This document shows, in pieces, positions 9,014 to 17,668 of a stretch of 36,666 nucleotides of DNA. Under the pieces are notes generated by a model. The model was not told the origin of the DNA. It worked only from the letters and a program-made list of their open reading frames with translations, and ran no database searches. Made by a program: the position numbers and the translations under genes. How positions within the stretch are numbered: the stretch's first letter is position 1; every line of letters starts with the position of its first letter. Source of the stretch: Proteiniphilum sp. (lineage in GTDB: Bacteria > Bacteroidota > Bacteroidia > Bacteroidales > Dysgonomonadaceae); contig JAIRSV010000152.1 of NCBI GenBank assembly GCA_031255275.1, positions 1 through 36,666 of the forward strand. The letters are read 5' to 3'.

Positions 9014-10729
9014 ATGACTTACAGATGGAATTATTCAATCCTTACGCACGACCGAAAAGATAAAAAGAATGAATTAGCGAAAGAACTTAATCTCCAGCCC
9101 GTCCTGGTCGAACTGCTCATGAAAAGAGGCATAGATACGGCAGAGGGTATAATGGCCTATCTGTATCCCGCGCCGGACGATCTGCACGATCCCTTCCGGC
9201 TGCCCGATATGGACGCAGCGATCCGGCGAATCGAACAGGCCCTGGGTAACAAGGAACGCATCCTCGTCTACGGAGATTACGACGTGGACGGGACTACCGC
9301 CGTTTCGCTGGTATATAAATTCTTTCGGGGAATCACAAGTAACATCGACTATTACATCCCCGACCGGTATGACGAAGGATACGGCATCTCGTTTCAGGGG
9401 ATCGACTATGCCGTCGAGACAGGCGTAAAGCTCATCATCTCCCTCGACTGCGGCATCAAAGCCATAAGCAAGGTAGAGTATGCCCGGGAAAAGGGAATCG
9501 ACTTTATCATCTGCGATCATCACATGCCCGACGACCGGCTCCCCGACGCCGTCGCCGTCGTAGACGCAAAGCGACCCGACTCCGTCTATCCATACAGCGA
9601 CCTGTCAGGCTGCGGAGTAGGATTCAAACTCGTACAAGCCTTTTCGCAGCGGAACGGCTACCCCTTTTCCGACATAGAACCGCTGCTCGACCTGGTAGCC
9701 GTCAGCATAGCCTCCGACATAGTCCCCCTCACGGGCGAAAACCGCGTCATGATGCACCACGGACTGAAGAAACTCAGCGCCAATCCCGGCTCCGGCCTGC
9801 GAAGCATCATCGAAATCTGCGGCCTGCAGCGCCGGAAAATCACCGTCAGCGACATCGTCTTCAAAATAGGCCCCCGCATCAACGCCTCGGGACGGATGAT
9901 GAACGGAAAGGAAGCCGTTGCCCTGATGATAGAAAACAACATGACCGTCGCCCGGGAAAAAGGCAAGAACATAGACAAGTATAACGAAGACCGCCGCGAA
10001 CTGGACAAAAGAATCACCGACGAAGCGTTCGCCTACATCGAAAGCAACATGGACATTGCCGCCCGGAAGAGCATCGTGATCTATAACGAAACATGGCACA
10101 AAGGAGTCGTCGGCATCGTAGCGTCGAGGCTGACCGAGAAGTACTACCGACCGGCAATCGTGCTCACCAAGTCGGGCGGATTAATCTCCGGATCAGCCCG
10201 TTCCGTCCCCGGATTCGACGTATATAAAGCCATAGAATCATGCCGCGACATTCTGGAAAACTTCGGCGGCCACACCTACGCCGCCGGCCTAACGCTGAGG
10301 GAAGAAAACCTGCAAGCATTCACCGAACGCTTCAACATGCTCTCCACCGACGGCGTCGAAGCCCGGATGATGCTGCCCCAGATCACAGTCGATGCAGAAA
10401 TATCACTTTCTCAGATCACCCCCGAACTCATTGCCGGCCTCGACCTGTTCAACCCCTTCGGGCCTGAAAACGAAAACCCCGTATTCCTCACCCGAGACGT
10501 GTATGACGCAGGAGGCAGCCGGCTTGTCGGAAAAGAAAGCCGCCATATCCGGCTGGAACTCGTCGATAAGACAACCGGCAGTCCGGTTTTCGGCATCGCA
10601 TTCAGCCAGCACGACTTCTACCGGCGCATCAAAGCCGGCCATCCCGTCGACATCTGCTACACCCTCGAAGAAAACCGGCACGGCAGCAACACCTTCACAC
10701 AACTTATCATCAGAGACATAAGAATATAA
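9014..10729 (+). CDS. recJ: Single-stranded-DNA-specific exonuclease RecJ
   Basis: YGDYDVDG, PDRYDEGYG, LDCGI, DHH, GPRINASGRM, GSARS, FGGHTYAAG motifs. Confidence 0.97.
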   Translation: MTYRWNYSILTHDRKDKKNELAKELNLQPVLVELLMKRGIDTAEGIMAYLYPAPDDLHDPFRLPDMDAAIRRIEQALGNKERILVYGDYDVDGTTAVSLVYKFFRGITSNIDYYIPDRYDEGYGISFQGIDYAVETGVKLIISLDCGIKAISKVEYAREKGIDFIICDHHMPDDRLPDAVAVVDAKRPDSVYPYSDLSGCGVGFKLVQAFSQRNGYPFSDIEPLLDLVAVSIASDIVPLTGENRVMMHHGLKKLSANPGSGLRSIIEICGLQRRKITVSDIVFKIGPRINASGRMMNGKEAVALMIENNMTVAREKGKNIDKYNEDRRELDKRITDEAFAYIESNMDIAARKSIVIYNETWHKGVVGIVASRLTEKYYRPAIVLTKSGGLISGSARSVPGFDVYKAIESCRDILENFGGHTYAAGLTLREENLQAFTERFNMLSTDGVEARMMLPQITVDAEISLSQITPELIAGLDLFNPFGPENENPVFLTRDVYDAGGSRLVGKESRHIRLELVDKTTGSPVFGIAFSQHDFYRRIKAGHPVDICYTLEENRHGSNTFTQLIIRDIRI

Positions 10730-10748
10730 GCGACAGCCGACATTTGTC

Positions 10749-12740
10749 ATGCAACCGGACCTGTTTCACAACATACTGCGCGAGAATTGGGGATATACCG
10801 CCTTCCGTCCCCTGCAGGAAGAGATCATCCGTTCCGTATGGGAAGGGCGGGACACCCTGGGATTAATGCCCACCGGCGGCGGAAAGTCATTAACCTTTCA
10901 AGTGCCGGCGCTGGCCATGAAGGGGATCTGCCTGGTCGTGACACCCCTGATCGCGCTGATGAAAGACCAGGTGGATAATCTTCGCGAACGCGGCATCAAA
11001 GCCGCCGCCGTCTATTCGGGGATGTCGCGGGACGAAATCATAACCGTACTCGAGAACTGCATTTTCGGAAATTACAAATTCCTCTACGTCTCCCCCGAAC
11101 GACTCTCATCCGAAATATTCACCGCAAAGCTGAAGGCGATGGAAGTCTGTCTGCTGGCAGTAGACGAGTCTCACTGCATCTCACAGTGGGGCTATGACTT
11201 CCGCCCCTCGTACCTGAAAATCGCCGAAATCCGCCGGCTGCTGCAGGACATACCCCTGCTCGCCCTCACCGCCACGGCCACCGAAGAGGTTGTGAATGAC
11301 ATTCAGGAAAAGTTACTCTTCAAAGAAAAAAATGTATTCAGGACAAGTTTTGAGCGGAAAAACCTGTCATACGTCGTACGAACGGCAGAGAATAAGATCG
11401 CCGAACTGCAGCACATCCTTCAGTCCGTCTCCGGCTCAGCCATTGTTTACGCAAGGAGCCGGCAGAAGACGGCGGAAGTAGCCCGGTCGCTCCTGAATGC
11501 AGGAATATCCGCCGATTTTTTTCACGCCGGGCTTTCTCACGAAGAGAAAGTCTCCAGGCAAAACGCCTGGAAGAAGAATACCTGCCGGGTAATGGTCGCC
11601 ACCAATGCCTTCGGGATGGGAATCGACAAGCCCGACGTACGCGTCGTTATCCACCTGGACCTCCCCAATGCCATTGAAGAGTACTTTCAGGAAGCAGGCC
11701 GCGCCGGCCGGGACGGAGAACATTCTTACGCCGTCATCCTCTACACGAAAGCCGACAGCACCCTGCTGAAAAAGCGGATTGCAGACTCGTTTCCCGCCCG
11801 CGACTTCATACTGCGCGTTTACGAAGCGCTGGGAAATTATTATCAGATAGCCGCAGGAGCAGGCTATAACAATGTATATGACTTCAACCTTCAAGAGTTC
11901 TGCCGGCCATACAAACTCCCGATCCTCCAAACCCATCACGCCCTGAAGATCCTGGAACTGGCAGGCTATCTCGAATATACGGAAGAGATAGAAATGCGTT
12001 CCCGCATCCGGTTTCTGATCTATCGCGACGAGATCTATTCGCTGTCACTGGAGAAAGAGACGGATACCCTCTTACATTCCATCCTGCGCAATTACACCGG
12101 CGTCTTCTCGGACGACGTCTATATAGACGAGTCGCTGCTGGCCGCAAAAACAGGGAAAAGCCGCCGGGAGGTATGCGAGACGCTCGTCGCCCTCTCCAGA
12201 GCGAAATACATCCGCTATGTGCCCCAAAAGAAAACACCATTTATCGTATTCACCGCTTCACGGGAAGAGACCCGTTTTGTCACCGTCTCCCGGACAGTTT
12301 ATGAAGACCGGAAAAAGCGCTTTGAGAAGAGGATTTTTTCGATGATTGATTACGCGGAAAAGACAGGCGTATGCCGTAGCCGAATGTTGCTGATCTACTT
12401 CGGGGAGATGAACCCGAAAGACTGTGGTCACTGCGACGTTTGTTTGAAGAAGGGCGCAAGCGGCCTGTCGAACAGCCTGTTCCGCCGGATTGGAGGCAAG
12501 CTGAAAGATTTTTTACGGCAGCAGGGACCTGTACGCTTTCATGAACTTATAGACGCCGTAGCGGATGAAAATGAAAATTCGGATGAAAACCGGGAGAAAA
12601 CTATTTCGGTACTCCGTTTCCTTATCGATATGGAAGAGCTGACGCTGAAAGATGATGATGAGGTGAGTATTACAGAAAAGGTCGAAAATAAAAAAAAGCC
12701 CTCCGGCACTACATCTGCGGGAAAGCTCTCAAAGAAGTGA
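10749..12740 (+). CDS. recQ: RecQ family ATP-dependent DNA helicase
   Basis: MPTGGGKS, DESHCISQWGYDFRPSY, ALTATAT, ATNAFGMGIDKPDVR, QEAGRAGRDG, Zn motif CR...CGHCDVC. Confidence 0.95.
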   Translation: MQPDLFHNILRENWGYTAFRPLQEEIIRSVWEGRDTLGLMPTGGGKSLTFQVPALAMKGICLVVTPLIALMKDQVDNLRERGIKAAAVYSGMSRDEIITVLENCIFGNYKFLYVSPERLSSEIFTAKLKAMEVCLLAVDESHCISQWGYDFRPSYLKIAEIRRLLQDIPLLALTATATEEVVNDIQEKLLFKEKNVFRTSFERKNLSYVVRTAENKIAELQHILQSVSGSAIVYARSRQKTAEVARSLLNAGISADFFHAGLSHEEKVSRQNAWKKNTCRVMVATNAFGMGIDKPDVRVVIHLDLPNAIEEYFQEAGRAGRDGEHSYAVILYTKADSTLLKKRIADSFPARDFILRVYEALGNYYQIAAGAGYNNVYDFNLQEFCRPYKLPILQTHHALKILELAGYLEYTEEIEMRSRIRFLIYRDEIYSLSLEKETDTLLHSILRNYTGVFSDDVYIDESLLAAKTGKSRREVCETLVALSRAKYIRYVPQKKTPFIVFTASREETRFVTVSRTVYEDRKKRFEKRIFSMIDYAEKTGVCRSRMLLIYFGEMNPKDCGHCDVCLKKGASGLSNSLFRRIGGKLKDFLRQQGPVRFHELIDAVADENENSDENREKTISVLRFLIDMEELTLKDDDEVSITEKVENKKKPSGTTSAGKLSKK

Positions 12741-12811
12741 CTCCGACAGGATTCAAACCTGTAACCTTCTGATCCGTAGTCAGATGCTCTATTCAGTTAA
12801 GCTACGGAGCC
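12738..12811 (-). tRNA. tRNA-Arg(ACG)
   Basis: Reverse complement GGCTCCGTAGCTTAACTGAATAGAGCATCTGACT-ACG-GATCAGAAGGTTACAGGTTTGAATCCTGTCGGAGTCA. Acceptor stem GGCTCCG/CGGAGTC, anticodon stem TCTGA/TCAGA, T-arm ACAGG/CCTGT. CCA is not encoded. Confidence 0.96.
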
Positions 12812-12825
12812 CTCATTTACGGCTG

Positions 12826-12833
12826 CAAAAATA
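12826..12833 (-). promoter_or_regulatory. -7 promoter element of tRNA-Arg
   Basis: Minus strand reads TATTTTTG, 15 nt upstream of the tRNA 5' end. Confidence 0.75.
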
Positions 12834-13109
12834 CACTATTTTTGTCAAAACACAAAGAACGGGGCGAATAATTTGATCAATGATTAAACTTTTGCCGGTC
12901 TCTGTCCGGGGAGCATGCAGTGCTGAAATCCCGGAAACCGTTTGAATTTTTCAGGAAGAGATTTAAGCGATAAAAAAGGCTTTTTCGATGACGAAATACA
13001 ATAGCAGGCCATCCGGTAAGATTTTCGGCGGGAAACAGCCTTTTCAGACTGAAATAACTTTCGTGGAAAAACCATTAAACAGTTTTCCGGAGCCGATAAA
13101 ACAATCAAA

Positions 13110-13148
13110 TAAATAATTTGCTGATTTTCCGAATTATTGTAACTTCGC
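13110..13148 (+). repeat. Degenerate copy of the rplM promoter (35/39 identical to 14044-14082)
   Basis: taaataatttgctgattttccgaattattgtaacttcgc vs taaataatttgttgattttctgaattatcgtaactttgc. Confidence 0.9.
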
Positions 13149-13287
13149 GCCCCGAAATACAGCTGTTTCTTGTCTCGCAATAAAAAATCACTGAAAATTA
13201 GAGGATTATTAAAGCATTATGTTGTGTTTTCATTATGAACCGGCAAGTATTTCTACTTGCCAAAGTTGGATTTTTAATTAATTTGTT

Positions 13288-13953
13288 ATGAAAAGAATTT
13301 TGCTTATCGCCGTTATACTGCTGCATGTTATTACCTCTTCCAATGTTTTTTCGCAGGAAACGAACAGAATAATGGTACATTTTGAACTTGGCTCTTCGAG
13401 TTATTTGATGGATCAAGACAAAGAAGAGGGTGATTTCCTGTTTATTGTAACTCCCTTATATAAAATAGGGGACAAAACCTCCGTGGGTATTGGTGCGGGG
13501 GCGAAATTATTGGGTTATTATGAAAAGGTCGGAGAATATGAACATGCGTACTTCCCCGGAATACCTGTATCTGACAGTAAATACGTACTACTGGGTGCAT
13601 ATCCTTTGTTCGTCAGTTCAATGTATAGCTTCGAGGGGCACGATGATAACTCGTTTTTTATTAAGGGTGAATTGGGGTATACTTTTTTTAATAGAGACTC
13701 CTCCTGGAAAACATCGCTTCTTTATCCTAAGGAAGGAGAAGTGGAATTTCGGATTAATAAGAGAGGCGGCTTTTTCTTTTCGCCTTCAGTCGGTATGCTT
13801 TTTCAAATGAAAGGTAAACAGCGTGTGTCCCTCTCTTTGTACTGTTCTTCAGACAGATATTCGTATAAACGGACTGCTCCCCGGGTGAACGTGTTTGAAA
13901 CAGAGTCGAAAAACAACCTTTTGGGAGGTGTAAAAATCGGCTATCTTTTCTGA
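13288..13953 (+). CDS. Hypothetical outer-membrane beta-barrel protein
   Basis: Signal peptide ending VFS-Q, Gly/aromatic strands (SVGIGAG, FIKGELGY, FSPSVG), C-terminal GVKIGYLF. Visibly more AT-rich than recQ. Confidence 0.75.
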   Translation: MKRILLIAVILLHVITSSNVFSQETNRIMVHFELGSSSYLMDQDKEEGDFLFIVTPLYKIGDKTSVGIGAGAKLLGYYEKVGEYEHAYFPGIPVSDSKYVLLGAYPLFVSSMYSFEGHDDNSFFIKGELGYTFFNRDSSWKTSLLYPKEGEVEFRINKRGGFFFSPSVGMLFQMKGKQRVSLSLYCSSDRYSYKRTAPRVNVFETESKNNLLGGVKIGYLF

Positions 13954-14050
13954 CACATTATATATATTCCCTCTCCCAAATCCTTTCCCCGGAAAATACA
14001 GCAGACAGTTTCCGGTTAAATCTGCGGAAGCAAAATAATTCTGTAAATAA

Positions 14051-14081
14051 TTTGTTGATTTTCTGAATTATCGTAACTTTG
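14051..14081 (+). promoter_or_regulatory. Bacteroidetes sigma-A promoter of rplM operon
   Basis: TTTG (14051-14054), 19-nt spacer, TAACTTTG (14074-14081); matches the -33/-7 consensus. Confidence 0.85.
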
Positions 14082-14218
14082 CAATCCGATTATTAGTTTT
14101 TATCAATTAAGAGTTTGATTCAGAGCTTTTTATTTTGCCAAAATCCACCTTAGCCGGGCAAAACAGGGGCAGTGAGGATAGACTTCAGTAATTTACTAAT
14201 TAAAATCAACAAAAAAAA

Positions 14219-14674
14219 GTGGATACACTAAGTTATAAAACCATTTCTGTAAATAAGGAAACGGCGCAGAAAGAATGGGTTGAAATTGATGCCACCGGGC
14301 AGCCGTTGGGTCGTCTCTGTTCCAAAGTAGCCAAGCTGCTGAGAGGGAAGTACAAAGCCAGTTTTACCCCGCACGTAGATTGCGGAGATAATGTGATTAT
14401 CCTGAATGCCGATAAAGTGGCTCTTTCGGGTAACAAATGGACAGACCGTATCTATTTGCGCTATTCGGGTTATCCCGGCGGACAGCGCGAATATACACCT
14501 GCCGATTTGATGGCGAAAAGCCCCGACAGGCTTTTCAGGAAAGTGGTAAAAGGGATGTTGCCGAAAAATAAATTAGGCGACGCCATCATCAGGAACATGT
14601 ATGTCTATGCAGGACATGAGCATCCCCATCAGGCACAGAAACCCAAAAAATTAGATATTAATACGCTAAAATAA
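14219..14674 (+). CDS. rplM: 50S ribosomal protein L13
   Basis: GTG start; LGRL..LLRGKYK..FTPHVDCGDNVIILNA, SGYPGGQR, VKGMLPKNKLG, HPHQAQKP. Confidence 0.98.
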   Translation: MDTLSYKTISVNKETAQKEWVEIDATGQPLGRLCSKVAKLLRGKYKASFTPHVDCGDNVIILNADKVALSGNKWTDRIYLRYSGYPGGQREYTPADLMAKSPDRLFRKVVKGMLPKNKLGDAIIRNMYVYAGHEHPHQAQKPKKLDINTLK

Positions 14675-14675
14675 T

Positions 14676-15062
14676 ATGGAAGCAGTAAATGCAATAGGAA
14701 GACGCAAGGCCGCCGTAGCCCGTGTTTTTGTTACAGAAGGTGCCGGTAAAATTGTGATCAATAAACGCAATCTGGAGAACTATTTTCCTTCTACTATCCT
14801 TCAGTTCATTGTAAAACAGCCGCTCAATACGCTGAATGTATCGGACAAGTACGATATAAGGATCAACCTCGACGGTGGAGGCTACAAAGGACAGTCGGAA
14901 GCAGCCAGACTGGGTATTGCCCGCGCGCTGGTAAAAATTAATCCTGAAGATAAACCCGCATTGAGAGCCGCCGGATTCATGACCCGCAATCCCCGCGTGG
15001 TGGAACGTAAAAAACCGGGACAACCCAAAGCAAGAAAGAGATTTCAATTCTCCAAGCGTTAG
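14676..15062 (+). CDS. rpsI: 30S ribosomal protein S9
   Basis: GRRKAAVARV, GGGYKGQSEAARLGIARAL, VERKKPG..ARKRFQFSKR. Confidence 0.98.
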   Translation: MEAVNAIGRRKAAVARVFVTEGAGKIVINKRNLENYFPSTILQFIVKQPLNTLNVSDKYDIRINLDGGGYKGQSEAARLGIARALVKINPEDKPALRAAGFMTRNPRVVERKKPGQPKARKRFQFSKR

Positions 15063-15244
15063 TACTTATAATCGGAACCGGTGCAAGCACCGGCTTTCCG
15101 GTTGACCAGTAGAAGCCGCTTGGCGGCTATAACGTTTAGTATCTAAATCGTAAGGACGTTATCCGGTATCCATAAAAACACAGGGTAATTTACCTCGCGA
15201 TTCGATTTGGAAAAAGAATGTAAACGAATAAATAAAAACAAAAA

Positions 15245-16102
15245 ATGGCAAAATTAGAATTTGACCAACTTCTTGAGGCCGGAGCGCATTTCGGTCATTT
15301 AAAAAGAAAATGGAATCCCGCGATGGCTCCCTATATCTTCATGGAGCGCAACGGGATCCACATTATCGATCTCTATAAAACGATCGCTAAAGCCGAAGAG
15401 TCCGCAGCTGCCTTAAAACAGATTGCCAAAGCAGGAAAGAAAATACTTTTTGTGGCAACCAAAAAACAGGCCAAGCCTGTGATTGAAGAGAAAGCTCAAG
15501 GCGTGAATATGCCTTATGTGATTGAGCGCTGGCCGGGCGGTATGCTTACCAATTTCCCCACAATCCGCAAAGCGGTGAAAAAAATGGGTAATATTGACAA
15601 GATGATCAAAGACGGTACGTTTGATACTCTCTCCAAACGCGAGAAATTACAGATTACCCGCCAACGGGCCAAGCTCGAAAAAATGTTAGGTTCTATTCAA
15701 GATCTTACCCGTCTACCCTCGGCAATATTTGTGGTGGATGTGATGAAAGAGCAGATTGCCGTGAAAGAAGCGGAACGCCTCGGTATTCCCGTATTTGGTA
15801 TTGTAGATACCAATTCTGATCCCTCTAATATTGATTTTGTGATCCCCGCTAATGACGATGCGGCCAAAGCAATTGATTTGATTCTTGAATTCCTTTGCGA
15901 CTCCATCAAAGAAGGGTTGAACGAACGTAAAGTGGAAAGAGCCGACGCCATCGCTGCCGAAGAGCAGGAGGGAGAAGCTCCGCAACGCAGGGAACGCAAA
16001 TCGAAAGCAGCCAGGAAAGAACGTGTGAAGAAAGAAGATACCGAAGCGATGAAAGCTGCCGTAGTGAGCAGATATGCAAAGGATGTAGAGGTTGACGAAT
16101 AA
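15245..16102 (+). CDS. rpsB: 30S ribosomal protein S2
   Basis: LLEAGAHFGH, WNPAMAPYIF, RWPGGMLTNF, VDTNSDP, IPANDDA. Confidence 0.98.
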   Translation: MAKLEFDQLLEAGAHFGHLKRKWNPAMAPYIFMERNGIHIIDLYKTIAKAEESAAALKQIAKAGKKILFVATKKQAKPVIEEKAQGVNMPYVIERWPGGMLTNFPTIRKAVKKMGNIDKMIKDGTFDTLSKREKLQITRQRAKLEKMLGSIQDLTRLPSAIFVVDVMKEQIAVKEAERLGIPVFGIVDTNSDPSNIDFVIPANDDAAKAIDLILEFLCDSIKEGLNERKVERADAIAAEEQEGEAPQRRERKSKAARKERVKKEDTEAMKAAVVSRYAKDVEVDE

Positions 16103-16135
16103 AATTCATAATCAAAAATAAGATATAAATAGAAT

Positions 16136-16957
16136 ATGGCAGTAACAATGGCAGATATCCAGCATTTACGCAAGATGACCGGTGCGGGGATGATGGATTG
16201 CAAAAATGCACTGAATGAAGCGAACGGTGATTTCGATGGAGCCATGGAAATAATCCGTAAAAAAGGACAGGCTGTAGCTGCAAAACGTGAAGATCGCGAA
16301 GCGTCGGAAGGTTGTGTTCTGGCAAGAACCGAGGGTGATTTCGCCGCTGTAGTGGCGTTGAAGTGCGAAACGGATTTTGTGGCAAAAAATGAAGAGTTTA
16401 TTGCTTTGACGCTGCAGATCCTTGACGCTGCGATTGATCATAAGCCGGAAACACTTGACCAGCTACTCGCGGTTGAACTTCCTAACGGAACCGTTTCACA
16501 GTTGATCACCGATAAGATAGGTGCTACGGGAGAGAAAATGGAATTGGGTTACTATGAGTATATTACCGCTCCTTATGTTACTTTTTATATACACATGGGT
16601 AACAAACTGGCAACCGTTGTCGGTTTCAATAAGCCTGACGTGAATGAGCTTGTGGCGAAAGATGTAGCAATGCAGGTAGCGGCCATGAATCCGATAGCGG
16701 TTATACCGGAAGAGATTCCCGTCGAAGTGAAAGAAAAAGAGTTGGAAATTGCACGGGACAAAGCCCGCGAATCCGGTAAGCCGGAAAACCTGATTGACAG
16801 GATTGCCGAGGGGGCATTGCAAAAGTTTTTCAAAGAAGCCACTCTTCTTCAGCAGGAGTATGTAAAAGATCCCAAAAAGACCATTGAACAGTTTTTGAAA
16901 GAGAGTGATAAAGAGTTGTCGGTTACCGTATTCAAACGTGTATCGTTGAACGTGTAA
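16136..16957 (+). CDS. tsf: Elongation factor Ts
   Basis: LRKMTGAGMMDCKNAL, CETDFVA, DVAMQVAAMNP. Confidence 0.98.
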   Translation: MAVTMADIQHLRKMTGAGMMDCKNALNEANGDFDGAMEIIRKKGQAVAAKREDREASEGCVLARTEGDFAAVVALKCETDFVAKNEEFIALTLQILDAAIDHKPETLDQLLAVELPNGTVSQLITDKIGATGEKMELGYYEYITAPYVTFYIHMGNKLATVVGFNKPDVNELVAKDVAMQVAAMNPIAVIPEEIPVEVKEKELEIARDKARESGKPENLIDRIAEGALQKFFKEATLLQQEYVKDPKKTIEQFLKESDKELSVTVFKRVSLNV

Positions 16958-16988
16958 GGCATATTTATTTGCTTTGATTTATAAATGG

Positions 16989-17020
16989 AACGCTCCGGGA
17001 AATTTTCCGGGGCGTTTTTT
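16989..17020 (+). terminator. Intrinsic terminator after tsf
   Basis: Stem aacgctccgg/ccggggcgtt followed by a T run, between convergent genes. Confidence 0.85.
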
Positions 17021-17649
17021 CATGCTGTTACCCACGTGAGCACGTAATCGGGATGCACCTCGTAATGTATGTTGAAGGTACGGTTTTTTTCGGTTTTGGT
17101 TTCCGTTGCCGTCATAATGCCTTCGGATTCGGGAGTGAACGGATGAATATGGAGATGGCGTTTGAAATGAATCCCGTCTTCTTCCATCAGTTTGAACAGA
17201 CTTTCTTTTGCCGACCAGTGCAACAATTGATGCACCGTTTTCTGTGAAGGATCGATATACTCTTCGTCTGCAATGAATTTTCCGGCCACTTTTTTTACCC
17301 GCTCCGACAGAAATTCAATATCAATCCCCACAGGATGTGTTTCATGCAAGAGAACGGCGGCGTAATCTTTCGTATGGGAAATGCTGATATGGCAACTTTC
17401 ATCTTCCAGATAGGGCTTCCCGTCCGCACGATTAAGAATGGTCTTCTCTTCGTCCAGCAGCATGAAAAGCAGAATACGGATGGAAAGCCATTCAATGGTT
17501 CGTCTCTCGGAGCGTATATCCTTCACACTCTCAGCCGTCTTAGAACGCAGATGCTCCGGAAAAAGCATCAGCAGTTCTTCGCGTGACTCATCCATTTTCC
17601 AGATCCCAAGCAATCCTCCGCTATCAATATGTTCTCTCCTGATCTGCAT
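17020..17649 (-). CDS. 4'-phosphopantetheinyl transferase superfamily protein
   Basis: GKPYL, HISISHT, VGIDIE, WSAKESLFK motifs. ATG at 17649 is preferred over TTG at 17655. Confidence 0.9.
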   Translation of the reverse strand: MQIRREHIDSGGLLGIWKMDESREELLMLFPEHLRSKTAESVKDIRSERRTIEWLSIRILLFMLLDEEKTILNRADGKPYLEDESCHISISHTKDYAAVLLHETHPVGIDIEFLSERVKKVAGKFIADEEYIDPSQKTVHQLLHWSAKESLFKLMEEDGIHFKRHLHIHPFTPESEGIMTATETKTEKNRTFNIHYEVHPDYVLTWVTA

Positions 17650-17668
17650 GTACAATCTTCATCTACTG

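Noticed and set aside
12738-14043. tRNA-Arg as attB of an integrated element
   Set aside because: No integrase and no duplicated tRNA 3' end seen; the orphan gene lies on the tRNA 5' side.
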